The notes under the pieces were generated by a model. That model saw only the letters and a list, made by a program, of their open reading frames with translations. It was not told where the DNA came from and made no database searches. DNA of 64,000 nucleotides, from the IMG/VR virus record IMGVR_UViG_3300028840_005764, positions 32,001 to 96,000 of that record; one strand, given 5' to 3'. The DNA comes from a virus. This document shows, one piece after another, positions 1-12,600 of this stretch (within the stretch, counting starts at the first letter, position 1; each line of letters begins with the position of its first letter). A program made the translations under genes and the position numbers.

Positions 1-2
1 GG

Positions 3-3000
3 TCTGTCCAAACACTTGGAACCGAATTCTTTGGACGTTTGATTGATCCGGAACTTATCAAAAAATTGTCTGCAGCAAATATATCAAGACTTAAAAATGA
101 ATTAGGATATGAACAATTTGCTAATGTGAGAGAAGATCTCTTAAATGAAAATCGTCGTGCTATTGGCTATAAACATGGCGGCCTAGTTTCTCTTAGTGGA
201 ATACGTGGTTATGCAGATGGTGGTACCGCTATTAAAACCACTGGAGTATCTCAGGCAGAAGCCGAGACATATGCATTATTAAAAATGACATTTGATGACA
301 TAGAGATTTCGTATAAAGGTCCTAGTGTTGCAGAACAAATTAATGACGTAGTTTTTAAGGATGTTTCAGTAGATATAGATCCTATGTTGGCGCCAATTGA
401 TGAAGTTGGTGAAAAGATTTTTTCTATTTCAAAAATAACTGCGCCAAAAGTTGAGATTGTAGATCCAAAAGAAGCTGAAAATGTAGCTAATGTAACGCAA
501 GAGACGGAAAAACTTACAGAAGCAATTGACCAAAAGAATCAAGCGACAGGCGAGTCTGGCCAATATACCGCGGATGTTAAACAATCACTTGAGCTGCTTT
601 TTAACACTACAGTAGCGACAGAAGAAGGCGCTAACGCCCAGGAAGTGTTTACTGCTGCTGTTGAACAAACAGTTGTAAAACTAAAAAATGTAGTAGGTGC
701 GATATCTGCATTTCGTGCGCAAGTGAAAGCCGCGCAAGGTCCTTTTGTAGAATTAGCTGGCAAAATGCTTGATGCATTTGGCAGCAAAATGGAAAAGGCT
801 ATTGATAATATTGCTGGTAAATTCAGTAATCTATTCTCAAAACAATTACCAGGTTTATTCGGTACGTTCGTAAAGGACTTTGTTCTTGCCGGGGCGGAAG
901 TCGTTGCCGCTAACGAAGAAAATCAAAAAGATATCATAGATTCGTTTAGAGAATCACGCGTTGCTCTTGTTGAACAATTGAAACGTAATGAGATTTCATA
1001 TTTTGATTATTTCAACAAACTAGAAGACCTGGCCGCAGACAGGGACAAGGCGCAGGCGGAAAGTGCCGAAGACGTTACTGGTGAGTTACGCGATGTGTAT
1101 GAGGATTTTACAAAGAATTTCTTTAGTGAATTTACTGGCTTGTTGACAGATATGGTTTCTGGATTCAATGAATTTTTTGACGATATTATTGATGGTATGG
1201 TTGGTTTGGCTGATAACGTTTTTAGCGTATTTGGTGATATAGGCGGAGCTGTAGGCAATATATTTGGCGAAACCGGAATGGCTGCCGGCTCAGTAGTCGG
1301 TGGTGTTCTTGGCGAAGCTATGGGTTCGATCTTCTCTGCCGTTGGTAGTATCGCTAGTGCTTTTACAAGTGTGATATCTTCTGCTGTTCAAGGGATACTT
1401 TCTATTATTCCGTATATAGTTGAATTGGGGATGATGGGTGAAGATGAAATCAAAGGAATGCTTGACTCATTCCGAGAGGCACCTGCCATTCTAGCTGATA
1501 TTGGAGAAGGTTTTGTTCGAAATCTTCCGCTAGTTGCTAAGGCTTTAGAGGATAACTTCCCCACGATAGCTACTGCATTTGTGGATATGGTTATCAAGAT
1601 CATTGGTTCTATAGCGGATATATTGAGAAGTGATTTTATACCTGTATTCGTTGGTACAATTTTAGATGCTTTTGTTGATATTGTTCAAGCCCTACCAGAT
1701 TTGTTCCAGGGGATTTTTGTATCAATAGCAGAAACATTCGGAAATATTTTCTCCGGGGATCAACTTTCCACTTTAGCAGATGCTGTCCAATCAACTATCA
1801 GCACTGTGATACAAATTATTGTGAGTGGTATTAGTGATTTAGTTATTCCCATATTGCAATCTATTGTTGATGCTTTACCAGCTATAGTTACCGCTATTGG
1901 CAGCGCAGTAGTCGCAGAAGCTCCTCAGTTAATGGATGCGGTCACCGCGTTGATGGATACTTTTGTCAATATGTTCAAGGATCCTGCGGTTTTGTCAAAA
2001 TTGCAGGAAGCAGTTGTTGGTATGTTTGCCGGTCTTGGCGACATGGGTGGTGATGGTGGTCAATTTGGTGTGTTGTTTGAAAGTATTACTGGGTTTTTGG
2101 AGAGTATGTTCGAAGTATTACCAACAATGATTGAAGGTGGTGTGGCGGTTGTAAATACTTTTATGGCCTTGGCTCCTATTATAATTGATGTACTTACAAT
2201 AGTACAACAAGCTATATATTCAATACTCCCGCCGATAGCTACGTTATTAGCGGAGTTGGTTGGAAGTTTCAGTAAAATATTTTCCGCAATCGTACCGACC
2301 ATAATTAGCCTTATTGATATTATTGCTGATGCCGTTGGTCAGTTGATGCCGATTATTACACCAATCTTAACTGCAATTGTGGATGCTTTTCTACCATTGG
2401 TAGAAGCATTTATGGGCTTATTAGATGCAGTTATTGAGCCGCTTGGCGAATTATTGATGGAGATCATTCCAATATTGGGAGAGATGTTCGCCAACTACAT
2501 GGGACCGGCGATTATTATTCTTGAAGTGCTTATAGATGTATTGGTTGACATAATTGATGTGGTCACCGCAATAATACCGGTTGTTCTAAATGCACTTATA
2601 CCTATTTTTAAAGTAGTTATGAATATGATATCTTTAATGGTTCCCCCACTTACAGAATTGGTTGAAGCATTAGCACCGTTGTTAGAAATCTTTATCAAAG
2701 CCGGTATAGCGACCGCATTTGTGGTTCTTATTGCTGGTTTTATAGAAATACTTGTTTTGGGTATACCAATTATTCAATCGCTGATGCCACTATTAATGTT
2801 TTCCGTTAGAGTGTTGATATATATTGTTCAAGTTACAGGTACGTTGGTAGCGGCCTTACAGGGTCTGACTGCTTTGTTTACTCGGCTGGCAGATGTATTT
2901 ACAGGATTAAAAGAAAAAGCTACTGAAGCAATAGATAAATTCTCTTTCTTGAGTAAAGTATTCGATGCCATTCAAAAAGTATTGTATGGCAATAGTCTCA

Positions 3001-4076
3001 TACCGGTACTTGAATTACTATACGATGTGTTTAAAGCAATAAGCGACTTCATCGCAAACACTTTTATGAAAGTGTTTGAAACTATGCAACAAGGTCTGAA
3101 GACCATTTCAGACTTTATTGAAAACACTTTCGTTACGGCATTTGATAGTCTCAGTGATGCCTTTTCAGATATTTTTGATTTGATATCAGATATCGTTGGG
3201 ATAATACCAACACCAGGGGACGCTACTGACTCTACGTCTAACGTAGTCGATACGGCCAAAAATGTAGGCGAAACCATTGCTGATGGTGTTAAAGACGGTG
3301 TTTCAAATGCTGTTGGCGCGCTCAAAGATCTGACGCCATGGCACGCTGGAGGTATTTTCCAGGCATCTGATGACCCAGGCGCACGTGAATTCCATGATTT
3401 CCTTGGTCTCCGTGGAGATGAGGGCCTTGCGCTTCTGCAAAACGGAGAGGGAATTCTGACTCGTGCTGGCGTCAAGGCAATTGGTGGCGTTGAGGTGCTA
3501 GATGAGTTGAATGCCGGTGGCGATTCTATGCGTTTGCCACTTGACGGAGGTGGAGCACAGATACCCGCCTGGATGATTGATGTACCAACCTTCCACGTGG
3601 GCGGTGTGTTTGAGGTCGCGACTGATGCCGCGACACAGGAATTCAACAGAATGTTGGGTCTACGTGCCGACGAGGGTCTGGCTCTTCTACAGAATGGTGA
3701 AGGTATCCTGACACGTACTGGAGTTGAAGCCATTGGCGGCGCTGACGCCGTAAACGCAGCCAATAAAAATGAGTTTGCTGTTGCTACGTTTGCTGACAAT
3801 CCTGGTGTGCTTGGTGCGCACACACAAACAGTTAGGCCAATAGGAGGCGGCGGCCCCGAACCAGCAGGCGGAGGCGGCGGAGGCGGCGGTGGAGGACCAG
3901 TCACTATTCAAGTGAATGTGGACATGTCTGGTTCGAATTTCCAGTCAGAGACTATTGCCGAGGACGTTGAAAATAGTGTTGCTGATATGATGTCCAACGG
4001 CGAAGGGCGTGTGTACGAAGAGGTGAACAACGTAGCTGGTAACGATGAGCCAGAGGGTATCAGGTATAGGTCGTAG
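3..4076 (+). CDS. Tail tape measure protein, C-terminal part (5' end outside window)
   Basis: Frame is open from position 3. Long amphipathic helical repeats and C-terminal HxGG...DE..ALLQxGE motifs typical of tape-measure ends; tail genes follow. Confidence 0.85.
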   Translation, partial: SVQTLGTEFFGRLIDPELIKKLSAANISRLKNELGYEQFANVREDLLNENRRAIGYKHGGLVSLSGIRGYADGGTAIKTTGVSQAEAETYALLKMTFDDIEISYKGPSVAEQINDVVFKDVSVDIDPMLAPIDEVGEKIFSISKITAPKVEIVDPKEAENVANVTQETEKLTEAIDQKNQATGESGQYTADVKQSLELLFNTTVATEEGANAQEVFTAAVEQTVVKLKNVVGAISAFRAQVKAAQGPFVELAGKMLDAFGSKMEKAIDNIAGKFSNLFSKQLPGLFGTFVKDFVLAGAEVVAANEENQKDIIDSFRESRVALVEQLKRNEISYFDYFNKLEDLAADRDKAQAESAEDVTGELRDVYEDFTKNFFSEFTGLLTDMVSGFNEFFDDIIDGMVGLADNVFSVFGDIGGAVGNIFGETGMAAGSVVGGVLGEAMGSIFSAVGSIASAFTSVISSAVQGILSIIPYIVELGMMGEDEIKGMLDSFREAPAILADIGEGFVRNLPLVAKALEDNFPTIATAFVDMVIKIIGSIADILRSDFIPVFVGTILDAFVDIVQALPDLFQGIFVSIAETFGNIFSGDQLSTLADAVQSTISTVIQIIVSGISDLVIPILQSIVDALPAIVTAIGSAVVAEAPQLMDAVTALMDTFVNMFKDPAVLSKLQEAVVGMFAGLGDMGGDGGQFGVLFESITGFLESMFEVLPTMIEGGVAVVNTFMALAPIIIDVLTIVQQAIYSILPPIATLLAELVGSFSKIFSAIVPTIISLIDIIADAVGQLMPIITPILTAIVDAFLPLVEAFMGLLDAVIEPLGELLMEIIPILGEMFANYMGPAIIILEVLIDVLVDIIDVVTAIIPVVLNALIPIFKVVMNMISLMVPPLTELVEALAPLLEIFIKAGIATAFVVLIAGFIEILVLGIPIIQSLMPLLMFSVRVLIYIVQVTGTLVAALQGLTALFTRLADVFTGLKEKATEAIDKFSFLSKVFDAIQKVLYGNSLIPVLELLYDVFKAISDFIANTFMKVFETMQQGLKTISDFIENTFVTAFDSLSDAFSDIFDLISDIVGIIPTPGDATDSTSNVVDTAKNVGETIADGVKDGVSNAVGALKDLTPWHAGGIFQASDDPGAREFHDFLGLRGDEGLALLQNGEGILTRAGVKAIGGVEVLDELNAGGDSMRLPLDGGGAQIPAWMIDVPTFHVGGVFEVATDAATQEFNRMLGLRADEGLALLQNGEGILTRTGVEAIGGADAVNAANKNEFAVATFADNPGVLGAHTQTVRPIGGGGPEPAGGGGGGGGGGPVTIQVNVDMSGSNFQSETIAEDVENSVADMMSNGEGRVYEEVNNVAGNDEPEGIRYRS

Positions 4077-4086
4077 GTGAAGTGCG

Positions 4087-6075
4087 ATGTCGTTGTTTTT
4101 GGCAGACTTAGATCCTTATGACACCGAGTCGGATGTTGCAAAGGACACGAATGTCTACCTGCGCATTGGGGCCGATGGCGGCGACATTGTGGACTTGGAC
4201 ACGGTGCTAATCACCATCGAGGGGTCGGACGCCTATGACGGTGATGGCACGCCAGCGGGATACCAGGACGGGTTCTATGGTACAGTGACTTCGGACGGTT
4301 CGAACGGTTACATTTTTGACATTGATCCTGAATCAGATTTTCCTGAAACAACTACAATAGATGTTGATGTTTATGCTGAGAATACTCTTGGTACAGTTAT
4401 ATTGAATCAATCATATTCTTTTGACATTACCACTTATCCATTTATTTCGGCTTTGGACCCAGCAAATGGTGAAACCGGTGTCGACCATGACAAAAACATC
4501 GAGATGACACTGGATGGTGGGTCTGGAAACATCACGAAATCCACAATTGAAGTGCGCGTAGATAGCGTACTTGCGTATGACGATGATGGTGCTACACCAG
4601 GTTTTCAGCCTGGTTTTCAAGGTACAGGCTCCAGTATCGTGGTGAATGGTAATGGTTATGACCTGGTTATCGACCAGGAAGAGGATTTTGGTGCAGGCCA
4701 AAGGATTGATTTACAAATTGATGCTGATAATGACTTAAGTTTTTCTATTGATGAAGATAAGTATTTCAAAACTAATATTTACACAACTCAGATCAATCCA
4801 GTTACACCTGTGGGTAATGAGAAGCTCGCGCCTATCGAACAAAGTATTTACATAGACTTTACCAAAACACCTGTTTTGATAAAGGTTAATTCAGTTGTGG
4901 CGTGGGACGGCGCTTTTCAAAATGGATGGTCTGGCCTCAACATTTCACATGTTGACGGTACCCGTATCGTCCTCGACCCGCCATCTGATTTTACCATCAA
5001 TGTGGGCGTGGTTGTTGAGGCTCAGACCACTACAGATTCACGAACTTGGCGCTTTCTACCTGGTACGACACAGGCCACCACTACGCATGACACAGGTTCT
5101 CCTGTAGTTTTGGATGCCGATGGCAGCCTGTGGTACGCATACACCAGGGACTACGAAGAGGGCCTCACACCACCATTGCAGCCTGGCAACATTTACATGC
5201 GTAAGGGCAATCCGCTTACCGCCGAAGCCATCACGGTGACTGGACAGGTAGTAGATGTTGGTTTTGATGCTAATACAGGACTTATCAATGTTGTGTTTGA
5301 ACACAATAGAAAAGTCCAGTTTATGACAGTGTTACCAACGGATAGTCCTAGTTACAAGAATCCAGAATCTATTCTTTTCACCAATGCCAATATGTCTCTT
5401 TATGGTGATCAGCGAAGACAACGTGGTACTATTTTCTATGGTAGTACATATGGTAATCAACGAAGAGGTATGACATACGACTGGGGTACACCAGGACTTG
5501 GTGAATTTCTCAGTACACCGTATCCAGTCACACTACACTGCTACAATACCGTATCCTCATACATGCAGGAATATGTGATTGGTTTTGAAGTGTACAAGAG
5601 CATTCCCGGCTCTTCGTATTGGAGACCACTCGGTACAATCAGTTATACGTATGGTGATCCATATGCGGTTTTTGTTGATAATAAATTTATTGCTGGCGCA
5701 TCATATCGATGCCGTGCAATATTTCAATATGATGATACGGCCACGTCTAAGATTTTCAAAAGCGTTACGAGCGACATTGTAACACTGTCCGAAAATACGA
5801 TGTCTGATTTAGCGGCGATGTCTATATATGGTGGCAGAAAACGCCAGGTTGTGTTGTCAGTTACTATCTCACCGCCTCTAAAAAGATTGATAGCTGATTA
5901 TGGTGATATATCTGTTTATGGCGGTAGAAAACGTCAGGTTGTACCTTCGTCTACTAGTTATGTACCTGTCAAACGCGTATATGATACTGAAACTATGGAC
6001 ATGTCTGTGTACGGCGGAACTGATAGAATAGTGAAACTCGACATCACGGGATACGATCCGATAGGAGTTGGTTGA
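4087..6075 (+). CDS. Virion tail protein with N-terminal Ig-like repeats
   Basis: Two DP..GETGV...I-type Ig-like units; C-terminal (M/I)S(I/V)YGG.(K/R)RQVV repeats; directly after tape measure. Confidence 0.6.
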   Translation: MSLFLADLDPYDTESDVAKDTNVYLRIGADGGDIVDLDTVLITIEGSDAYDGDGTPAGYQDGFYGTVTSDGSNGYIFDIDPESDFPETTTIDVDVYAENTLGTVILNQSYSFDITTYPFISALDPANGETGVDHDKNIEMTLDGGSGNITKSTIEVRVDSVLAYDDDGATPGFQPGFQGTGSSIVVNGNGYDLVIDQEEDFGAGQRIDLQIDADNDLSFSIDEDKYFKTNIYTTQINPVTPVGNEKLAPIEQSIYIDFTKTPVLIKVNSVVAWDGAFQNGWSGLNISHVDGTRIVLDPPSDFTINVGVVVEAQTTTDSRTWRFLPGTTQATTTHDTGSPVVLDADGSLWYAYTRDYEEGLTPPLQPGNIYMRKGNPLTAEAITVTGQVVDVGFDANTGLINVVFEHNRKVQFMTVLPTDSPSYKNPESILFTNANMSLYGDQRRQRGTIFYGSTYGNQRRGMTYDWGTPGLGEFLSTPYPVTLHCYNTVSSYMQEYVIGFEVYKSIPGSSYWRPLGTISYTYGDPYAVFVDNKFIAGASYRCRAIFQYDDTATSKIFKSVTSDIVTLSENTMSDLAAMSIYGGRKRQVVLSVTISPPLKRLIADYGDISVYGGRKRQVVPSSTSYVPVKRVYDTETMDMSVYGGTDRIVKLDITGYDPIGVG

Positions 6076-6608
6076 TGTCTATTCCCACACTCACACAGAT
6101 GTTGAATAAACATCGAGCTGAGGGCCGTCTATCCTGGTTGCCTCGTTTAAGTGGTGAGATCTTTGCCACGTTGAGGGATGAAGATGGGCGTATTGTTCAG
6201 CAGTTACGTCAAAAAAACTTGATGACAAGAACATACTGGGAATTCAGAACAAGGTATGATTATCAAATAAATACAGTGAGTATTTGTATTTCCAACGATG
6301 ATGATGTGATGAATTTCAGAAAGACCATATTTAGAAATACTTATACTGATACTGGGTCTTTAACTTCTAATACGATCGAAGTTAATAACACAAGCAAGAC
6401 TTGGACATTTAGAGGTACTTTTGGCGCGCCGTCTACTGATAATACTATTTATTGGGTGGGTTTGGCAACTAATTTTGCTGTTTTAACTTCTGGTGATTTT
6501 AACATAAAATATCAATGTTATTGTGGTACAAAATTATCTTCTTCGTTCGTACAAACAACATCACAAACGCTGGAACTCGTCTACAGAATTTCTCTCACAC
6601 AGGTGTGA
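6075..6608 (+). CDS. Tail-associated structural protein
   Basis: LRDEDG..VQ...KNL N-terminus and TTSQTLELVYRI C-terminus resemble tail-collar-like proteins; TGATG overlap with upstream gene. Confidence 0.5.
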   Translation: MSIPTLTQMLNKHRAEGRLSWLPRLSGEIFATLRDEDGRIVQQLRQKNLMTRTYWEFRTRYDYQINTVSICISNDDDVMNFRKTIFRNTYTDTGSLTSNTIEVNNTSKTWTFRGTFGAPSTDNTIYWVGLATNFAVLTSGDFNIKYQCYCGTKLSSSFVQTTSQTLELVYRISLTQV

Positions 6609-6611
6609 CAC

Positions 6612-9600
6612 ATGAGTAACCATCTTTGCACAGGGTATTTGAACCTTCGTATCAAGAACGCAGTCACTGGTGAAGAGAAAAACTCCAGGCACCCTAATGC
6701 ATTTGTGATGTCTGCCAATCTCCAGGAAGGCATGTTCAACGATATAGTTGGCGGTCGTGGCGGATATAGTGTTGGTGTCGGAGCTATGTGTATGTTTCTG
6801 CGTACTGATGGCGGGTATCGTTATGAAAAAGATACTCATACTGTTTTATATATAGACCATTACAACATGTCAGATTTGTGGGATCACTATTGGGCTGCTG
6901 GCTCTGCTGACTACATGAGAAGACGACAATATCCATCTGCAAATCGAACAGCCACATTAACTGAAGGTATCAATGCTGTCGCTTCATTCATTTCTGGTTG
7001 GGATAATTATAGGTATTTGACAGAAAACGTAGTTGGTTTCCCGACAAATTATTATGGTATACCGGCGATTTCGTTTATTGACTTACAGGGTACCGCAATT
7101 AGCCCATTGTTGTTTAAACATGAAAAAGGTTTCAACAATATTTTCAATCATGCAACAGCAGGTACTGACATTGCTCTCAGCCAGGGTGATGTTGAAATAG
7201 AAGGAGTGTATTCGCCTGATTATTTACAACATCGTTGGTATTGCATTTATTATGCTAATGAAGGCGGTACCGGAATCATCGATTCTGGTGTCGGGGAACG
7301 TGATGATGGTTCTGTTTCTACTGGCTCTGATACCTTTACCGCGAATAGTGGTACTGCGCCGTTTGCCGGTGATGCTTCTGATGTTGGAAGATACATTGTT
7401 ATTAAAAATGCCACCAATGCTATCAATAATGGTGTTTTCGAAATAACTGCTTTTATCAGTACTACCCAATGCACAGTTGACGCCACGACCATTAATCAAC
7501 CATTCGTGACCGAGGGTGGTGCTTCGCCTAGCGGTTTGGAATGGACATTGCGCGATGGTCCTGTTGGTGAGTATCTGATTAGAAGAAACACATATACCAG
7601 ACAAAATACACAAGGCACTACTGTACCCAGTTATGCATATGGTGGTGGGCGTTTGTATGGTATGCGTCATGAATATCATGGCACAGAAGAAGTTGGTATG
7701 TTTGGGTATGAAAGTGTGTTTGATCGAGGTGCGAGTTGGTGGTGGATTCACAGAAGAGATGATGAATCTACAACACGAGCTGGTGCCGGTATCAATCGCT
7801 GGCTGCACATGGCACCAAGGGGTTTTGATCCTGTTTATCAGGACGGTGATATACAAAATATGCCGACTGGCATTCGAGCTTGGCGTTCGATAAATATAGA
7901 TGATGAAAATAAGATATGGGCTGCATGGTCTAATTATGACTATCAACCAGATCCACCACATGCCGACAAAATACTTGCTCGGATTGATCCATATCCGAGT
8001 GGTAACGCCAGGTATCCTGCCGTCACAGATCTTCATGATCCGGGCAACTACGATTTATTTGAAGCGCAAACTGGGCCCACTGACGACGAAGGTTTGTGTT
8101 CAAATTATCCTATTGGTATTTGTTGTGATGAAATCAATGGTCGTGTGATTGTTGCACACAACCCTGGCAATCTCCATGTTGGTGAAACGTACGAGGATAT
8201 GGAAAAGGGCGGGTTCTCGTACACAGAGAATGCGGGTGCAGCTGAGTACGGGGATGCGTGGAAACGTTTGCATTTGTTGCATTCTGCTTCTGGCACTGTG
8301 ACTCCTTCAGGTACCACACTCAATGGTACCAGCACGTTCTTCCAGGATGAGTTTGCTGTTGGTGATTGGATTCGACCTGAGCCTAAGCCGGCGACAGGTC
8401 AGATCACATCTATGATTCCGGCTGACTACACGGACGGCGACTGGTTCACGTTAGATGACGGGCTGAATGACCCGGTCAAGTTCTTCTTCGATGTATCTGG
8501 CTCCTATAGTCCTGGTTCACCGCCTGCTGGTTGGCAGTACGTGACTATTACTATTACTGGTCTTGGTACTGACGTACTCATCGCCGATCAGATTCGAACT
8601 GATGTCAATGGTACAAGTAATTTGGATATAACGGCTGGGAATACAACTGCACAAGTAGATTTCACAGCCGATAATGATGGTGATCGTGCGAACAACACAA
8701 TCACGGAAATGATTCAAGCCCCCACCAAAACTCTTAATCCTAGTGGTTTGAGTGGCGGAATCATCAGGGCCTTTGAAATAACTGGCATTACAAACCAGAC
8801 AACAATGACTATCAGTCCAACATATCCAGAATCATATACAAATCTGACAATTGAGAAAGGTGCACTTACTGCCGCACAAGCGGTTGTCTATACAAGATAT
8901 CATACCCCATCAACAGATACCAGTGATTACACCATTAGGTGTTATGTTGATTATGATAAACAAGGCAATTTCTTTTGGGTTTCTGATGATGGTAATCAAA
9001 TCAATAAGTGGAGTTTTTCTAAGGGTTATGCCGAATCAAGAACTACAGCCGAATTCTCGAGGGTTGCTACTGATAAGATCAGAAATCTAGTTGTCACTAG
9101 ATTCAAGACTGACGGATTTTCCGATCACGCTTTTGAAGGTAATGTGTGGACCGGTTCATTTGGCCTTAACGCAGCTCTGAGAATTGATAACGATGGTACG
9201 AACGATTTTTTGAAGTGTCAAGTAACACAATATCACCATAGCGCGTCTGATAACTGGCCAACTGAAATCCAGATACGGGATTATGATCATGACTATGGTT
9301 TATATGTGCTTTGGAATCCAAATATAGGGGCACTGGGATTATGGGCTCCGTATTCAGCTGGTATCGAGCGTCATTATTGGGTAATCAATACAGTACATTC
9401 AGGTATTCCACTTGGGTATTGCCCACGTCTTGGTAGTCTATCTGAATTAAGTGATAGTGAATCTACTTGGAGTGTTATACACGACATGCGTTGGGACGAT
9501 GTTGGTATGAATAATCAATTGCTTGTTGGTCATGGCAAATCAACAGATTATGATGCAAATACAAGAGATGCTTTATACTCTTTTGGCAGAATGAGTTATT

Positions 9601-12600
9601 TATGGGATGGTCAAAGTTGGTATTTGACACATTTAGTTAGCCACAGATATTACGATCTTGATTTCGAGAATACAACTGGAGATGGCCCGTTTACTGAAGA
9701 AACATTGTCGGTAGGCAACGGATTGAAACGTATGCATGATGATTTTCAACTCATGCAGGACGGGTTGTACATTCGTTTTGTTGATTCTGGAGCCGCCTCT
9801 CAGACAGACGAATTCGTACAAGACGAGACAACTACATTTGCTGCCTACATTGGTGTAGGAAAAGATAACACTCAAGAAGTTGAATATTCTATAGAAAGAT
9901 ATTCTTCACCTACAGTTCATAGAGATCGTTCAGAACCCATGAAGGGTTTATCCAATATGTGGACTGTGGATGGTGGTATTGATGGTGGGTACATCCACGA
10001 TCTTACTGTACAGCGTACAGTACCATTCCATCGTGGTGTAGCTGAATATGACGGTTATGCGTCGTATGGCCAAGATGGTAGTGCAACTGGTACACAAGCA
10101 GATTATTATTATAATTTTTTCAATCAAGATGGCTACGACGAACACGACGATCCAGACGACGCACATTTTATGGCTGCACTTAGGATCAAAGATGAATCTG
10201 ATGGTGTTGATGAATTCCCCGGTGATGGTTTTGTTACCAATGGCAGTGATGTGTTCACCACTGAAACATATGCTGTTGGTTCAATTACAGCCCTCCCAAA
10301 CGATGGTACACCGTGGTCTACTGGTCTGAAGGATGGTGATACTTTTACACTTGATGATGGTGTGAATTCACCAACTACGTTTTGGTTTGATGCCTCTGGT
10401 AGTGGTTCTGGTAGTGGAGTGGAGATTGACATCAGTGCTGTATCTACTCCAGGCGATGTTGCTGATTTGATTCGTTCTGCTATCAATAGTGCTGCTAGTC
10501 TAGACATTACTGCAGACAGTAATTTAGGTGACCCGTACATCACACTCAAGAATGATGCTACTGGCAGTGCAGGCAACCAGGTTATCACTGAGAGCTTGGC
10601 GAATATAGCTTCACTTAGGCCGGTTGGCATGAGGATGCACACGTTCTCGGCAGCCGATGAGGGAAAATCAATTTTCATCGAGAATGCCACTACCGCAGGA
10701 AACAACGGTCAGGCTGTGATTTTGGAGTTTAATCCCAGCGGTTCTGATCCCAATGAAGTGAAGGTTGATCGTACATTTAATGCTGGTGATGAAAGTGGTG
10801 TTAATACGTTACGGTGGAAGTTGCGAGACATACCGGCTGTTGCGTATGTTGTATATACTGTGGAGTATACAGACCGAATGGATACTATGGTTGGTGGTAT
10901 AGATTGGAAATTATATTCAAGTAGGGACCACGGCAGTACATGGACGCAAGTCAAAAAATGGTTGAGCTACAACGGTGTATCAATAAATGATCCGCTTTCT
11001 ACTGTTCAAGATCACGGTGTGTATTGGAATGATTATGATTATGTTGGTACATATCATTACCGTACAGATGCTCTAAGGGGTTCGCCCAGCCTGTGGTTTG
11101 ATCTGAGAGACTTACCTGAAGCGTCTAGGAGAAGACAATACTGGAAAGTATACAGAAGTTATTATGGTGGTACTAATGGCCAGCATAGATTTTCTTCTGT
11201 TCGTTTGCTAGATGCTAATGGCGCTTATATTGGTGTACTTGACACACAACAATTATCAGATCGTAGTGATGAACATTATGTGTCTAATTTGACGGAACTT
11301 TATAAACTAAATGTTTTTGAAGGAGGCGGTACGATCGCCGCCACTGATGATAATGACGGTGATAATCTAACTTATATACTCACCACATCAACAACAGATT
11401 TATATGAAGATACTGGAAGTGGTAATGCAAAAATCACACGAATGGGAAATATACAAATTACATCAGATACTTTTGTGCCAACAGATGTTGGAAAACTAAT
11501 CAGAATATCTGATGCCAACGATTCTGATAACGACGGTTTTGCAAACATCACCACATACATCAACGCCAGAGAAGTAATCACCGATAAGGCGTTTACGTAC
11601 GAAGACGGTACGTTCGATTGGCAAATATTGTATATGGGTGAAGATGATCAGATTTGTTTCTATCAAGATCCATATTCGACTGACGACACGTTTTTCTTGT
11701 CTGATCGCTATATGCCACTGAGGAATTTCAACCCTCAGATATTAGATGTACCTGCAAATAACACCATTTATTTGAAAACCGATAACGTTCCACTACAAAT
11801 AGGCGGAACACCATTCAGTGGATTCAAATTCTTTGTGTATAGGGCGCTGGATACTCAATCATCTTCTAATCCAGGGCGCGCGGGTTCTACAGACATAAAT
11901 TTGGCTATGTGGGTGAGCCAGCGTGGTGGCGGAGTGTATGCATCCGATGTCCTTGAGTTCATTACACTTATTGCCACTACAGCCGGTGCGACATCGCCCG
12001 CTGATGACGATGGGGATAGCAGAACAGATATCGTTGATCTTCCGGTTGACGTGAATGCTTTTGATGTGGCAGTTGGTGATTATATTGTCATAGAAGGCAA
12101 TACAAGTAATTATGGCAGAAGAGTACATGAAATTCGTAACATTAATGTGGAAACACTCGGTGCTGCTGAGACCTGGACGCTTACGGCTTTGGTTAAGGGC
12201 AGCTACTCGAATGGCGACTACTTCGTCATGGATGACGGTATCAATCCGGTGGTGTCCTTCTACCTCGATGTAGATGGGTTGTATGATGCTCCTGCCGGTA
12301 CAGTGGAAATTGATATTTCCGGTACGTCCACAGCCATCGATGTGGCCAACGCCATCCGCACTGCCATTCTCGAGGCACCCATTAGGATCACGCCGGATGC
12401 GCCTGGTGCCGCACTCATTAACCTAACGGCCGATCAAGCGGGAACGCAAGCGGCTAACGATATTCAGGATTTCACCACAGGCGGGTTGTCACCAACTCGC
12501 GGAGCCACGGCCTCGGACGGCACTACGCAGTTACAGGTGTGGTACGACGAGATACTAGTCAGCAAGTCATTCAGTTTCTCTATTGTCAGGCGACGTCCAG

